DNA from: Tubiluchus corallicola
Taxonomy: Eukaryota; Animalia; Priapulida
Length of the DNA stretch: 64,000 bases
Direction of reading: 5' to 3'
Assembly (NCBI GenBank): GCA_030141605.1
Contig: JAQGDQ010001056.1
Coordinates: 1 to 64,000 of the forward strand
The translations under genes and the position numbers were made by a program. Under the pieces are notes generated by a model. That model was not told the origin of the DNA and did no database searches. It was given only the letters and a program-made list of their open reading frames with translations. This document shows, piece by piece, positions 39,760 through 54,232 of the stretch (the stretch's first letter is position 1; each line of letters starts with the position of its first letter).

Positions 39760-40530
39760 ACATTCTTTTCTTCAAAGACTCGTTCCGTCTGTGTTGTAGG
39801 CATTGAGGCATTGACATTTATTAGAGTATTCCACCCACTCTTATCCGCAGCTAACAGCGTAAGTTCTTCTGCTTCTAAAGATAGATTTGGTTGAAGTTGT
39901 TGAACATCTTTATTAATCTTACCTATATAAGTTGTTGTAGGTTTGCCAGGTGGTTTTTTTTGCAAGGTTTTAAGGCTTCCTTTAAAGCTGTTTTACTGGT
40001 ACTTCACTTGGTAATCTTAGAAGATGTCCTAGCCATTTTAATCTTCGGATCTTGACTTTTGAACTCCAATAAACTTCTTTCGTTTTGGTGTATAAATCTT
40101 CATTTTTGATTACGTATAGCCATCTTATCCTTAAAATTTTTCTTAGAAGACTTCTATGAAATGTGTTAATCTGTTTTTCTTAAGTAAGCGTTAAACCCTA
40201 AGTTTCACTGCTGTACATAAATATGCTGGCAACGTAAACATTAAATAATCGAAGTCTCACGTTATGACTTGCTAGTTAATACATTCTTATGCTGAAGAAA
40301 AGCATGCATTGCTTGTTGCTTTCTACTTTTAATATCATCTTCGGTGCTTAGGTTTCCACGTTGTTTTAGGTTTCCCAGGTGGTTTTTCGTAAGATTTTAA
40401 GGCTTCGTTTAAAGCGACTCTTACTGGTGTTTCATTTTGTAATCTTAGAAGATGTCCTAGCCACGTTAATATTCCGAGCTTGACTTTTGAAGGCCAAGGG
40501 ATTTCTTTCGTTCTAGTGTATAAATCAACG
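39760..40530 (-). mobile_element. Degraded RTE-clade LINE fragments (two adjacent pieces)
   Basis: KVKIRRLKWLGHLLRLPSEVPVK-type coding remnant, very similar to 56045-56665; 40355-40527 repeats part of it. Confidence 0.88.
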
Positions 40531-40865
40531 AATGTTGTTACACGAAATTCAACATAAGAAATAAACAGAAACGAGCTCTTTTAAACCATTACAATTACGT
40601 AACGTATGTGAAGAGATAACAATGAACAAACTACTGAAGCTTTACGGTGTAGATTTGCTGTCCGTAAAGTAAAAATCACCCATCAATAAACCACTCAGTA
40701 GAAGAATGAGTTCTAATCCCTCTGAGAAATTGACTCTCACTATTTTTGAGCCGTTTTGAGCTGCTCCACTTTAATTCCCAACTAGTGAAACCTTAATTAT
40801 TAAAGAGTCAGCTTTTAAATCTTTCATTGTCTATCCGAAAATTCGTAGTCTGGCAGTATAGCATC

Positions 40866-41261
40866 CAGGGGCGTAGCAAGACTTTACGACACCCTAACCA
40901 AAAAGTTTTGTCCCGCCCATCTCTATTGTGAAGTTATGGTTGTTAATGTAATGAGCATATTAAACAATTACTTGTGATGTATTAGAATTTAGAAACACTA
41001 TTAACCTAGTTTCTACGTAGTCGTTATTAATTACATGTATTTGCTTGTTGTGTACTACCTTGCACCTGTTCGTTATGTGGCACTTATATAAAAGCTGCTC
41101 TCAGTAACGGCCTGTGGCGTCTTATAAGATGCGCCCTTTACATGAATATGAAAGTATACACATTTTACGAGGAGAATAAGAATTTTTTTCTAAAATGTGA
41201 CGCCCCTCAAACTTTGGCTCTAGGCAGTAGCTTAGTTAGCCTGTTGGTTAATACGCCTCTA
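40866..41261 (+). mobile_element. hAT-like MITE family D, copy 1
   Basis: CAGGGGCGTA...TACGCCTCTA; colinear with 45834-46260. Confidence 0.8.
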
Positions 41262-41686
41262 CTGCAGTACAGAATTTATTTCATATCTTTTCTTGTAATT
41301 CAAATACTGCTACACTTAGGCTGTGTTATCTACTAACCGTTGTTATTAATGTGCAGGGTGCGTTTCAATATGCATTAAGCTTCATGACGTATTTTTCTCT
41401 CTGTCAGTGTTCTAGACTCTAGAGAATATCAAGCTTTCAACCAAATGCTTCTTTTAGAGCAATATAAATGGACCAAACCTGATTCATATAGAATCACTTC
41501 AGGACTATCCACGTATTAACATTGATGAAGTAGCTACAGCAACTACAGATGTCTTATAATATGAAATTTTTTCACGCCTCATCCTGTTCCTTCTTCTTTT
41601 TTTAACAAAGATTTTCCCTAACAGAGCGCCTTAATTCTTCCTAGGCTCTGAGCGTCTCACAATTGCTATAAAAATGTAGGATAGAA

Positions 41687-41905
<219 letters not shown>

Positions 41906-43410
41906 TTCATTATTATTTTATGTTACATTTGAACAACATTAAAATTTTTGCACACACAATAAATTTGGCATTCGCTATATCAATAGGAATAAACGGGCTT
42001 TTAGCTTTACTGGCAGGCAGTGAAAGCAATGCGAAAAACACTTATAATTTAATGGAGATCATTCATACCTGTAAATACGAACTTTACCAGACTACTTTGT
42101 TCAGTGAGTTTCCTACTCAAACCAATTCATTGTAAGTCAAAAACTGTCAATTCATGAAAAATATTATCAGAGCCAATATTACTAGGTATTGCTGTATTAT
42201 TCAGGCTTTGTTTTCCTGACTTGCGATTTAAAATAATTATGCAATCAAAGATTGATGATTACTTTGAACTGATTTTAACGAAAATCGAAAATTGGCCTAA
42301 TTCAGTCTTTGTCCTGTAAATTTACTTGATTTTTACGCGGCAAGAAAATTTGAAAATACAGAAAACCTAATGAAAGAAGAACCATGGATTTATGACGCAA
42401 ACGCCATATGAATCCTCACAGCATGCAGTTCAAGTCGAGTTAGCTTTATTACATATTTCAAGGCTCATATTAATCCTGCTTGGATCTCACTGCGGATGAG
42501 TAAAAAATTAGTAGACTTAACTTTCTGTCAGTGAGTTTAGCGCTGTCAACATCAGCTTTGCTTAAAGAAAATATGAACTCAAAAAGAAACGTTTACACAA
42601 GGGTATCGATTAAAAAAGCTCTTCTCCTAGACAAACACAAACCGCTGTAATAAAATTTAAACGCAGTACAGCCCACAGCAGAAAAAAACTCAAGAAATAT
42701 TACTCAAAATTTATGGGAAGGACAACTATACATTGAAGAAGAAGACATAGTTCCATCATAACAGCATTAGCGAAATTAACCGTTTCAGATAAGCGATGTT
42801 AAGACATGAGGCTATGGAAAGTAAAAACATGCTGATTTGTTTACTGTAATGTCGAGAACACGTGGTGTAAACTGCAACCAGCTTCAAACTGCTAAACGAA
42901 CTTGGCTGGTGCTGGTCTAGATGTTGTTCGTTCTGTTAGCTTCATCTTCTAGCTTGGTGAATGTGTGTCTTCCATGAGTGACTAAGAAGATTAAGACTGG
43001 ACGTAGAGGAGTACGTAGGAGGATATCATCTCATCAGCTGAGTGAAGCCGAGAAAAATTAAAACCGTAATGAGCGGAAAAGGATGGTGAAGCAACGTGAA
43101 CGAGTAAAGACCGAAACTTACAAACCAATTATCGTTAATAACAACTGCTGTGCAATTAGCTGATGCAATTAGCTGTTATTCTTGACTTTGCAATTCCAAA
43201 CCTGCCCTGCAGGGATGAAAGATTTTACTAATTAACTTCTTAATCGAATTTAAGCACATCTTCCTAAGGCTATCCAATAATCATTTTGTCAGAGTAGTTA
43301 GCGTCGGGAGGCTGTTTGATATATATTAAAAACAACACGAAAGACAAATGCAAAAGATACATAGTTGTAAAGGTAACAAATTAGCCAAAAATGTAGTAAT
43401 TGTGGTTAAG

Positions 43411-43925
43411 ATTTGTGTTGGGAAATTTTTGGCTGCCTCCTAAAGGAATGGGTGATTTGAGTTGCATTAGAAATGTTCATTGTTACACCATTGGACTTGC
43501 TAATAAACACTGACTAGATTGATTTTATATTGTTCACTATGAATCGCATTTTATCAAGGTTCGTACTTACTGAAATAACGTCAAGTAATTATCTTTTATA
43601 CCCCTAGTTGACAATAGGTCCCGAGTTGATAGTTGATAAGTGCTCTGCGCCTGCGCAGAACTGTGTTGTCGTGAACCGCGCAATCATAAAAATGGCATTA
43701 TGATGTTAACAGAAACCTATTAAAACACCGAAAGATAATTATTTGACGTTGTTTCAATAAGAGGTAGGTTCCGAAGCTTGATAAAATGTCATACATAATG
43801 AACAATGTAAAATCAATTTAGTCAGTGTTTATTATAAAGTCTGATGGTGTAACAATGAACATTTTTAATGCAACTCAAATCACTCGTTCCTTCAGAAAGA
43901 CAGGGAAAAATTTCCTAGCATAAAT
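43411..43925. mobile_element. MITE/foldback element with ~185-bp inverted arms
   Basis: GTGATTTGAGTTGCATTAGAAATGTTCATTGTTACACCAT...ACGTCAAGTAATTATCTTT is mirrored by AAAGATAATTATTTGACGT...ATGGTGTAACAATGAACATTTTTAATGCAACTCAAATCAC. Confidence 0.88.
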
Positions 43926-44721
43926 GCACTATTATGATTGTTAGTTCACCTAGAAAAAAGTGATACAGTTTTATTAATAATTCTGATTCCTTTCGTACAG
44001 ATAGTTTTGCAGGTGATGAAGAGTAGAACTAAACGTGTATAGAAGAAATTCAAAGTTGCACAAAAAATAATAATTGAAATGAAAAGTGAAATTAAATCTC
44101 AGTTAGTTCCTTGCTTGTTTACTTGCTGGCTTACTTTCTTAAATTTTCACTAGTTGGCGTTAAATGTTAAACTAATACTTAAGGTTGTCTAAATAATACA
44201 TTTTCTTGTTTGTAATCCCATTTTGGAGTCAATCCTACCACAAGATGAGAATGCGAAGTGACCTCTGTCCAGTATGATGTCCAGATTTTTTTGGGCGAAT
44301 TGGAATTTCTTCCACATGCGTTTAGTTTTACAACTCATCAGCTGCCAAATCTAATTGGACAAAATGAGGAAAAATTATTTAAAAAGCCACATAGTTTTTG
44401 AAAATGACCATAAAAATCTATTTACATTCACCGGCCATCCCTCACTGAACTTCTTTGTATTCTCAGATATTCATACCCAGTCTGACGAGGCTGATCAAAT
44501 TGCTTGTTGAATTATTGATTATGGCTGCAAATTTTATCGTCTTTAGTTTACGGCGTTGCCTGTTTACTTTAAACAGTGTTTACTGCCGCTGGTGAATGTA
44601 GTGCACTTGCTCGATAACTGAATAACAAGAAAAAGAAAATTCCTTCCACACTTTAAGATGTCAGCACAGCACGGAAACATTTTATCAAAACCTCCAGCGC
44701 GCGCGTGAAATAAAAAAACAT

Positions 44722-44801
44722 AGTACAATGAACCTATCCCATAATGCAATGAACCTATCCCATAATACAATGAACCTATCCCATAATGCAATGAACCTAT
44801 C
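44722..44801. repeat. 21-bp tandem repeat, ~4 copies
   Basis: CAATGAACCTATCCCATAAT(G/A) repeated. Confidence 0.9.
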
Positions 44802-45833
44802 AGTGCTTAGTTTTCATTAAACAAAAGAACGATTGTCAGCACAGTACAAAGATATTAAAAAATTTATCAACACCGCCAGTACGTGCGTGAAATAAAAAAC
44901 ATAACGGGGCAAACTATAAACTTATTAAAGTTTAGTTTTCAGACAACGAAAGTAAGATAAAAAGAAACACGGCTACATAAAAAATCATTTCACAAACCAA
45001 GCTCAACGTGCACTAATCCTGCTATGTGAACGGAACAGCGACGATGTTTGATATTTGATGGATATAGTTACAGGAAATGTGTAATGTGTAAAATTTAGAT
45101 ATTTTACAAAGTTCTTATGCAATTCATATATGAGCTATGTATTTCGAAAAGATGTGAAATAAATCTTTTTTTGCGGATTTTCACACTTTACTTAGACGTT
45201 TCGTATAATAGCTAGGACCTGGATAAAATGTGTAAAGTGACTTCAGCAAGGTATAAATTGAGGAAGACTGGACGATTGTTTAGACTCAATCTCATTTTAA
45301 TTTACAGTCCAAAATATACATTTTCTTATCTATAAGTTAACAATTGTTCCTTATATTTGTATAATTAGCTTAGAAAATTAATTAACGGCCACCGAACACA
45401 GCTATTGCTTACATCAGAAACTAACAACAGTTGGTGCAATGGCAGGCGTCTTCCCTTGCCCGTCAAGCACATTTGCATAGGTGTTACAGTACTGTTTAAA
45501 TGCATGATGTCACGAAAAGTGGGCTTTACACCATATGACGTTATGAAACTAACACCGCAGTTCATGATCATGCTTATCACGCTACCGTCTTCTATTTGTC
45601 GGCCATGTGAAGGTGACAAAAAGGCACCGCTGTCAATCTTAGTAGATTCACTGAGCAGCGCGTAGCTTTGAAAGTTTAACGAAATTTGAGTATCCGAGGT
45701 AATTATTACGTAATCTAAGCTTTGATTTAAAAAAAGCTATTGTAGTTTCAATATTTTTGAGCATTCTTTATTATGAACTAATGTTTACACAATCACCGGT
45801 TTTCCTTTAAGTATAACTTTTCTTAGGTGTTTT

Positions 45834-46260
45834 CAGGGGCGTATCAAAACTTTACGACACCCTAGGCTGATAGTTCTGTCCCGTCCATCTCTATTGTGAA
45901 TTTATGGTTGCTTATGTAATGAGCATTTTAAACAGTTACTTGTGGTGTATTAGAAACAGTATTAACCTAGTATCTACATAGTCATTATTAATTACGTGTA
46001 TTTTCATAGCGCTTATAGTCAAGTAGGATGCGCCAATTCTTGTTGTGTAATACCATGCACTTGTTCGTTACGTGGGACTTATATAACAGCTGCTTTAAGT
46101 AACTGCTCTGGTGTGTTATAAAATGTGCCCTTTACATGAATATGAAAGAACATTATACACATTTCCCATGCGAATAAGAATTTTTTCTAAACTGTGACGC
46201 CCCTCAAACTTTGGCGCCCTAAGCTATAGCCTAGTTAGCCTATTGGTTAATACGCCCCTG
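45834..46260 (+). mobile_element. hAT-like MITE family D, copy 2
   Basis: Perfect TIR CAGGGGCGTAT/ATACGCCCCTG; 8-bp flanks GGTGTTTT / CGTGTTTC (6/8). Confidence 0.85.
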
Positions 46261-48850
46261 CGTGTTTCATACATTCCCTGGTGATTGTACAGAATACGTG
46301 AAACGACTTAATCAATGCATTAAATTAAGGAAGCAGTTCGAATAAGCCAGTGAGTTAATTGTTTTATTAGCAGTGGATGCAACATCACCATCTATGACAC
46401 GCCACTTGACGAGAGAGGCCATTTTCCATTTCCCTTCAACAAGTCAGTTTTGCTCTCTAACTAATATACTTCCGAAAGGGCTGAATTGGAACGGCTAATG
46501 TGTCTTTTGGGAAACTTGCGAGATAACCCAAAATTAAAATGCATTGGTCTATCAAGCTATCGTCATCTCAACCCATCTCTGTGGCTGAGAAACTTAGGTT
46601 CTATTATCATGTCATCAAAACAAGAATTGAAACATTTCATCACCAAAATTTTTCCTCCATCCTGAACATCAAACACAACTAATACGTCACCAACATCACC
46701 ACCTCAAAAAAGCAAATAGCCACAACATCGAGTCAGTAATCTTGAAGCACTGTCTCAGTTGATGACGATATATCGTCAAAATGTAGGAGACCAGGCTACC
46801 TCATCAAATTCTCTTCAGTGAACTGACAAAAGATCACAAGGATGCCCTTTTCATTGTTACAAAGACCAACAGGAGCCAAAATATTCAGAAACCAAGTCCT
46901 GCAGCCGATGTAGAACATGACATCGGAACCCACAATGGAACCCAGTATTTCAAACCCAACGAAGTAAAGAAAAGTGGCACAAAATCAAGGTCAAAATTGG
47001 ATAAGCCAAAAGCGACCAAAGTAGACTACTAAATATACGCAGAGAAGCAGAGTTTTTTCACTGTATTTAGTTATACATGCACCCCTCCCCCAAGTCTCAA
47101 ATGCCTTCTGTGTTTCACGCAAGAATTGGTCTCCTGAATCATTAACCATAGAAGAGGAAACACACTGGAACTTGACCAACCTGTTTACTAGAAAAATTTG
47201 CAAGTTCGTTGAAACTGAAACATCGCTAATTTCAAACATTCCTTAAAATAAAATTGGCATTTTATAAAATGTCTAAGAAAATTGTATCAAAACAACTGAC
47301 AATTTGCTTGTATTTTTCACATTAAGGTTCATTGAACATTGTTAGAAAAAGTATATCCAACTATAATCTAAGAAATACGTGCTTTGCCTAAACAAAAATT
47401 TGCATTATATATAATGCCTAGGAAAAGCAGAAGAATTTTTTTAGACACATTGCCTGGTTTGTTTTAGCATTCTATATAATGTCTCCCAGCATTCTGCACA
47501 ATACCCGGTTTCATACTTTGCCTATAACGTATCGTACACAAAATATAAGACGCTAATTACTGTAGTTCAGATATTCTCTATACTTCAGAGTCTGAGAAAT
47601 GCTTTTCAACCCATAGTTTATAAAACTAGAAAAAGTTCTATAATTAATGTAATACTATTTTGTTCATTAGCTTGACAAATTTGAAATTACGATGTATTCT
47701 CAGTACTTATTATTTTCAATGCAGTTTGTGGAACCGTATGACGATTATGTATTACCACAATGGCTTTCACTCGTAAGAAACAAAATGACGAAAATGCTGC
47801 AACTACAAAATTTCTGTTGAAACAATTTTAATAACCGACGTAGCAAAATCTGCTGTTGACTTTTGACAGTTACTTTTTCTGACAGCTGTTAATTAATGAC
47901 AAACTGATATTCAATTAAGTAGCCGTGATTAATAAACAATATATGTTTAATAGAAATTAAGGGTCTTTAAGCACTTATATTTTTCAGAAGGTGCCTGTTA
48001 CACTAGCTACCCCATGCATAGCTACTGCACTTCCAAGAGTAATACACCTATCAACAACACTCCTCCATCTCTTATCAGAAGCTGAAGTGAAAGTAATTAA
48101 GGGAAGCAGGTGACAAGTAGACCAAGGCGTGAGATGAAACAAACGCACCCAGTAGCCTGACATAGTAACATGTTTGTTGAACGATACATCATCACTACTT
48201 TTGCCATCCTTTAATCTATTTGCTTTTTTTAACAACTTCGCTAAAACAGACATTGCTGAACACGCAGTTTAGAAGATAGAAGAAAAATGAAGAGAAACGC
48301 AATACACCTAATGCTCATCACACAGTTTACCTGTAAATCAAGCTGCTTTCAATACACAGCACATATAATAACACTGGCAACAATAAGTGCTTATTACACG
48401 CGCGTATAATCCGTGTCTCACAAAAATAAAGCCAACGTTAAACCGGTCTAGAAGATTACGTTTGGCTTCACTAGGATGAGCATTATGTGCTGGAGAAGGT
48501 GGCGCGCGCCGGCGGGTCCTGCACATGCGTCAAAAAGAGCACCCTAGTTTTAGTTCCGTTGAAGCCACTAATTTTATCCGCCTCTTATAAAGTGAACTAA
48601 ACTGGCAATTATTATTCGCAGAAGCCACTCCACGTAAATTTTGCCGTTTTCCTGAAAATTTGCTTGGTCTGTAGTCGCTAATATGTAATTATAGTTTTAA
48701 CACAGAAATGTGTGTGTCGTATCGTGTAATTTATATTAAGAATAAGAAATCTTAAGCCCCAACTCTTGAACTTATATTAGCCCCACACAAGCCTACAGAG
48801 TGTTCACGGTGACCTAAACTTGTCTAGTACATGTAGTTTTAGTCGGTTAA

Positions 48851-48920
48851 AGCAAAACCGGACCCAATGTTAAACAATTTTCATCAAATGGAGGTGAAAA
48901 CAATCTACTCTATCTTAAAA
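48851..48920 (+). mobile_element. Family A MITE, left-end fragment
   Basis: TTAA|AGCAAAACCGGACCCAAT...AAAACAATCTACTCT. Confidence 0.7.
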
Positions 48921-49189
48921 TAAGTATGTTTTAATCTGTATTTTAGATAGATAAAACGTAATGAATAAGTAAATAAAACGTAAAACTGTTTTTGAGCAGA
49001 AACTCAGATTGACGTGCACGTGCAGACATTGAGGCAGTCATATAAACATTTCCTGTGGAAGCCATAAGAGTGTCATTTTAGACCTTGATTATCCAGAAAA
49101 AGCTCTTCTGTTCGCATTGTCATTTAGATTAATAAACAATTAAACAATCGACTATTATCAACACAAAACTACTTTCGAAAAAATGAGGT

Positions 49190-49212
49190 TATCATCATCA
49201 CCATCATAATCA

Positions 49213-49245
<33 letters not shown>

Positions 49246-49482
49246 TCATCATCATCGTCGTCGTCATCATCATCATCGTCGTCATCGTCATTGTTATCGT
49301 CAGCAGCAAACCGCTTACCAAAAACATCAATAGGTTTACCCACCATACTTCAGTGTATACCACCGTACTGACATTACTTGCTTAAAAAGTTGATTAGATT
49401 GGATTTTTTTCTTTACCTTATGCCTTGCATGTTTGCTTGCCTGCATGTTTGCTTGCCTGCATGTTTGCTTGCCTGCATGTTT
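49190..49482. repeat. (CAT/CGT)n microsatellite and a 16-bp tandem repeat (GCATGTTTGCTTGCCT x3.5)
   Basis: Tracts at ~49190-49300 and ~49426-49482. Confidence 0.92.
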
Positions 49483-50989
49483 GTTTTCTTACATGCTTTG
49501 CATTTCTTAAGAGAAGAACAAATTTCAAACTACAGATAGCAGGCTCTAGTTTATGAAAGTGCGCATTTACAACCATGCGCGATCGTTCACAAGTGCAAAT
49601 AAACTGGCTTTAAACTTATATTATGGCATTTAAACGTTCTTTACTGCAACGACTGTGGTAAATATTCATGGCAACTTGTAACAATAAAATCTTCAGAATT
49701 TTGCTGCGTTTAGCTAACTAGGCCATGCTTAGTTTTACCAAGTAAGTAATTATATGACTACATTTTATATTGGGAAACAAAGAAGAGAGGCAAACAGATG
49801 CAGGCAGACGGGCGCGGATAAATAAATATTAACACTACTTTAAATAATTATACCAAGCTTTAAAATGCTGTCAGTCAGCACCATCTTGCTTTCAAGATGG
49901 AAAATTAGAAGAATTTTCATTCTAAAAAAATGTCGCAAGTAGGCCAAACCTAGAAAATTACGTAGTTTCAGTCCAGTTGATTATTCTAGTCAATTGTAGC
50001 TATACGTGACATCTCTTGATGCAGAACAGCTGCTGATAAATCCATTTTCCTCCGTGTCTCTTATCAGTGGAATTTTCTGCCTACAACCTTACTTGTTTCA
50101 ATGAGAATGTGAAGAGGTACTTTCTGTCACCTCTGTCAAGAGTTCATTTTGCTGACGTGCAGTCACACTTTTATTTTAACACTGCAACTGCTCACCCTGA
50201 GTGGCCAATGGTTTCAAAACTGAAACGATTTTGTCTAAAAACTACTCAGCACAAATGCTGTTGTACTGCATGCGAATGAAGGATGAATGAAACTCGCGTG
50301 TGACTAAATAGTTTCAAATAACAACAATTAACCTTATGTCTTTCATTTCCGTAGAGTGGCAGCTCCTATTTTAAGTATGAATCACCATCGCTTAGTCCGG
50401 AATGCGAAGCATTCGGTTACTCGCCTGCAGCACACGCTCACGCACACATGCACGTGCATTTTGCTTGCGCGCATTTGTAGAATGTGCAAACTTTAGCAAC
50501 ACACAGTTTTAGATGATGCCTTTCGTGGGTTTCTTTAAGCCAATCGACAACTTTTCTACAACAGTGCTGTATTGTGATGTCACAATATTAACCCCCCCCC
50601 CCCACCACCACCACCACCAAAAAACAGCATCACTCACACCACACCATGCGATAAAAACAGCAACAATAATACCATTTTGCCCAATATTATAACTGTGTTT
50701 TTATAACAAACGAAAATAAATCCGCCTACTGATGATCAGCAATGCGCGAACATTATGCATAGTTTTTCTTCACTACTGCCGAAAATCATGGGACTGAGTA
50801 AACAGAGAACAGTGGAATCCAAATACGTGAAAATTTTGTAACCATTGTTTGCCTCACGATGAACAACAGGCAACATTTTCTATTACTCGAATCACGAGAA
50901 CATCACATCGAGTTGAACGACTAAAGTTGTTCGCAAACGAGTCATTCAAGAACAGATGAAAATGTTTCCTTATTAGGTTCTGCAGTTTT

Positions 50990-51395
50990 AATAAGCCTTT
51001 TCACAGTTTCAGCGATTGATGACGATGATGAAAATGTCAAAGGTTAAGTGTACCAGACAATGCATTTTTGTACACTTGACAACGCCTCGCAAGCAGTCGC
51101 AGCCCATGCTTTTGTAATACTAACAGTTTTAACAGCTAGCTAGGGCCTTACCTAGTTCATTTTTTTATTGTTCCTAAGCAAGAACCATCCGTGTAAATTA
51201 CTCTACGCACAGACTGATGCATAATTAAGTAAAGTCCACGTAAAAAAACAAAAGTTACTGAACTGATGCGACAGACGGCTTTGCTTTATCCAGACGCGAC
51301 GTGACGGTTGTATTTAAGACGCGTTGCTCTGGCACACTTAACTTTGATCTGCAGCAACTGCGCGTGCGCACAACGAAACTGCGAAACGACTTATT
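50990..51395 (+). mobile_element. Family C MITE, copy 3
   Basis: AATAAGCCTTTTCACAGTTTC...GAAACTGCGAAACGACTTATT. Confidence 0.85.
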
Positions 51396-52043
51396 CATTC
51401 ATTTAGATGTATCCATCATCTACAGATCAACATTTTTCGGTCTAGACATGACTCTTTCAACCATATTTGCTTGTTAAACCTGTTTCATCGCATTAATTAG
51501 AGATTAATTTTCTGACGCTGCAGAAATCTAATTTTAAAACGTAATAAAATCTTAATGCCTTTAGTCGATAAATGTGGTGGGTGAGGCGGCATCAATGAAC
51601 AGCCACAATCATCAAAACTTCCTTCATGCAGCTGACATTTAAGCATCGCTTATTTCATTACAATTTTACGCGCTAGTTAGCTTCGGCTTTTTAATAATGC
51701 ATGCATCCCTGCGGGAACTTAATACGTTTCCATCATTCATTTAAAACTATCTGTGGGATTTATTAAGTGCGTTTGATAAAGCACAAAAAACCGAAGTCAG
51801 TATTCGCTTCGAAAAGTTATGCCGCCATGTTGTAGAAGAAATTAATTGCGGTGCGTATTTATGCGCGGTGCTGTGTGCAAGTGAACTGGGAACTGGGAAC
51901 TAGTTTATCAGGGAAACATGAATGAAGTCATTAAAAATTAATGAAAGAGTTATTATGAGTCATGAAAGCATGAAATAGGTATAATGTCAGGTCAATACTT
52001 GTAGTATATAGAGTATATAGAGTGCACACGCCAAACAAACAAA

Positions 52044-52174
52044 TGCAGAGGGTGGAAGACAACATCTGTATAGTGCATGACGACGGTGATGATAATGATT
52101 CTACTGCTGCTGCTGTAGCTGCTATCGTCACTGCTACTGCAGCAGTGCAGCTACTTCTATCACTGTTGTTGTTG

Positions 52175-52206
<32 letters not shown>

Positions 52207-52490
52207 GGTGGTGGTGGTGGTGCTGTGGCTGATGATGATCGTGATGATGATGATGATGATGATGATGACGACGACGATGATGATGATGATGAACAGACAC
52301 GCACACGCCAAAGAAACAACTGCAGAGGGTGGAAGAACTGACAAGATCTATGCAGTGAATGACGACGACGATGATGATAATGATTCTACTACTATTACTA
52401 CTGCTGCTGCTGCTGTTGCTACTACTACTACTCCCACTGCTACTGCTGTCACTGCTACTGTTGTTGTTGTTGATGATGATGATGATAGTT

Positions 52491-52530
<40 letters not shown>

Positions 52531-52557
52531 CGAAGACTACGATGATGAACAGACACA
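52044..52557. repeat. Tandem duplication of a microsatellite-laden ~240-280-bp unit
   Basis: Both units start TGCAGAGGGTGGAAGA, contain GATGATAATGATTCTACT and end GATGATGAACAGACAC. Confidence 0.85.
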
Positions 52558-52901
52558 GATTCTAAATTGCAACAATGAGTATTTTAAGAAGAGAGGAGAG
52601 AAGAAGAAAGAAAACGAAAGTAGACGAAAAAGTAGAAGGCAACACTGGCACAGTACTAGAGATATTTTTGGAGCTTTCAGTTTACTGCTTATAAGTACGT
52701 ATTTGTAAACAGTTAATTTATCAAATAAACATAATTTTTTGTTAAAACGTGCAATCCCTGAAAGAGAAAGAAAAGAGCAGAGGACAGAAGATGGACGAGC
52801 TTGAGGGGAGACGACAGGAGAGGTGTGTTTGTTTTTGTGCGGCCAGTACATAAAATCGATAATTCATTGCAGTTGTGATACTATTTACTACTCTATGCTC
52901 T

Positions 52902-53188
52902 GCAGTTGCTGCAGGTCAAAGTTAAGTGTGCCACATCAACACGTCTTAACTGCTAACGCACTTCACATGTAGGTAAAGCAAAGCCGTCTAAGTATCTGTT
53001 CTGTAACTTTAGTTGTTTTACGTGAACTTTACTTAATTATCCATTAGCGACCGTGTAGAGTGATTTGCTAGCATGATCTTGTTTGGGAACAAGTAAAAAA
53101 ACGAACTAGATAAGGTTTTAGCTAGCTGTTAAAACGGTTACTATTACAACAGTTTGAGCTGCTAGGCATTGTCAAGTGTACACAAATG
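52902..53188 (-). mobile_element. Family C MITE, copy 4 (partial, inverted)
   Basis: GCAGTTGCTGCAGGTCAAAGTTAAGTGTG...TTGTCAAGTGTACACAAATG is the reverse complement of the family C interior. Confidence 0.85.
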
Positions 53189-54232
53189 TTTGTGAAAAAG
53201 CCACGAATGAAATTTTCTAGCAGTTGTCATATTTGTTCGTTCCTGTGTTCGCTCGTTTAGCCTCTTTCCTTCCTGTTTACATAGCAGTTCGATTTTACTG
53301 TGAAACTGAATATTTTGCAAATCGATTTTTCATTTAGTTCTCTGTAAGTCAACAATCTGCTCACGCCGATTTTCCACAAAAGTCAATTAATTGAGTAAGC
53401 AAATAACGGAGCATAAGTTTTCTGTAACGATTTTAAGTAATCCAAGTGGGCATACGAGAACTGTTACATGGCTTCCTTTGAACTGGCCATAAAAAATTGC
53501 ATGCTGCTGCCATCTACTGTGAGGTTTAGCGTCAGCTACCCACGGTAAGTTTCTAGTTACCTGTGTGCCAACAAATTTCACACATCCTTGGAAAGGCCAC
53601 TGGTCCACTGTGATTCTAAATCGTTGCTTACTGACACAATTAAATTACACAATTAAATTCAATGACTTACCGGAAAAGTGTTACAGCAAATGAGGACATA
53701 CTAATGTCCTACTTTTAGCAGATCCGTATGTCTTTTATATAAATCAGTGTAAAAATGTATTGCACTGAGTTTATACTAGAATTTCGAACTCAAGACTTAT
53801 ATTAATCAGCATTTTGAGAAACCAACAAAGAAGGCAACAGTTTTTCTTTAAGAATTAAACAAAGACTTACTGAATAATTTTGCCGAATTCATTTAAACAG
53901 GAAGTGAAATCAGCTTGTTTCCGTTCATTCATTTCCCGACTATTCTTGCTTCGTTTCCGTAAGTTTAGTGTGAGTTGGCAGAAGCAAGGTTTCTATAACT
54001 GCCAGACTTGTCTGTAACTGACATGATTGTCGTTCTAACTGCCAATTTTACTTAACTGTTTTGCAAAGTGTATGCTATTCTGCGAGTACCAATTAGAAGA
54101 ATCTATCACGATTTAGAGTATTCTAGTTATAACTCGAGGTACTGTAAGTCACGCTCACAGATATATGATTATTTTGTAGTATAGCAGGCGTAATTATTAT
54201 TTTGTAGATTAGAGTCTTTCTTAGCTTTAGCC

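Noticed and set aside
44310-44346. Hammerhead-like motif on minus (CTGATGA-GTTGTAAAAC-TAAAC-GCAT-GTG)
   Set aside because: GAAA is replaced by TAAA, the cleavage triplet would be GUG, and no stem I forms.
46560-47240. Coding-like composition suggesting a decayed retroelement or transposase
   Set aside because: Multiple stops and no motif I could identify by eye; it needs a translated search.
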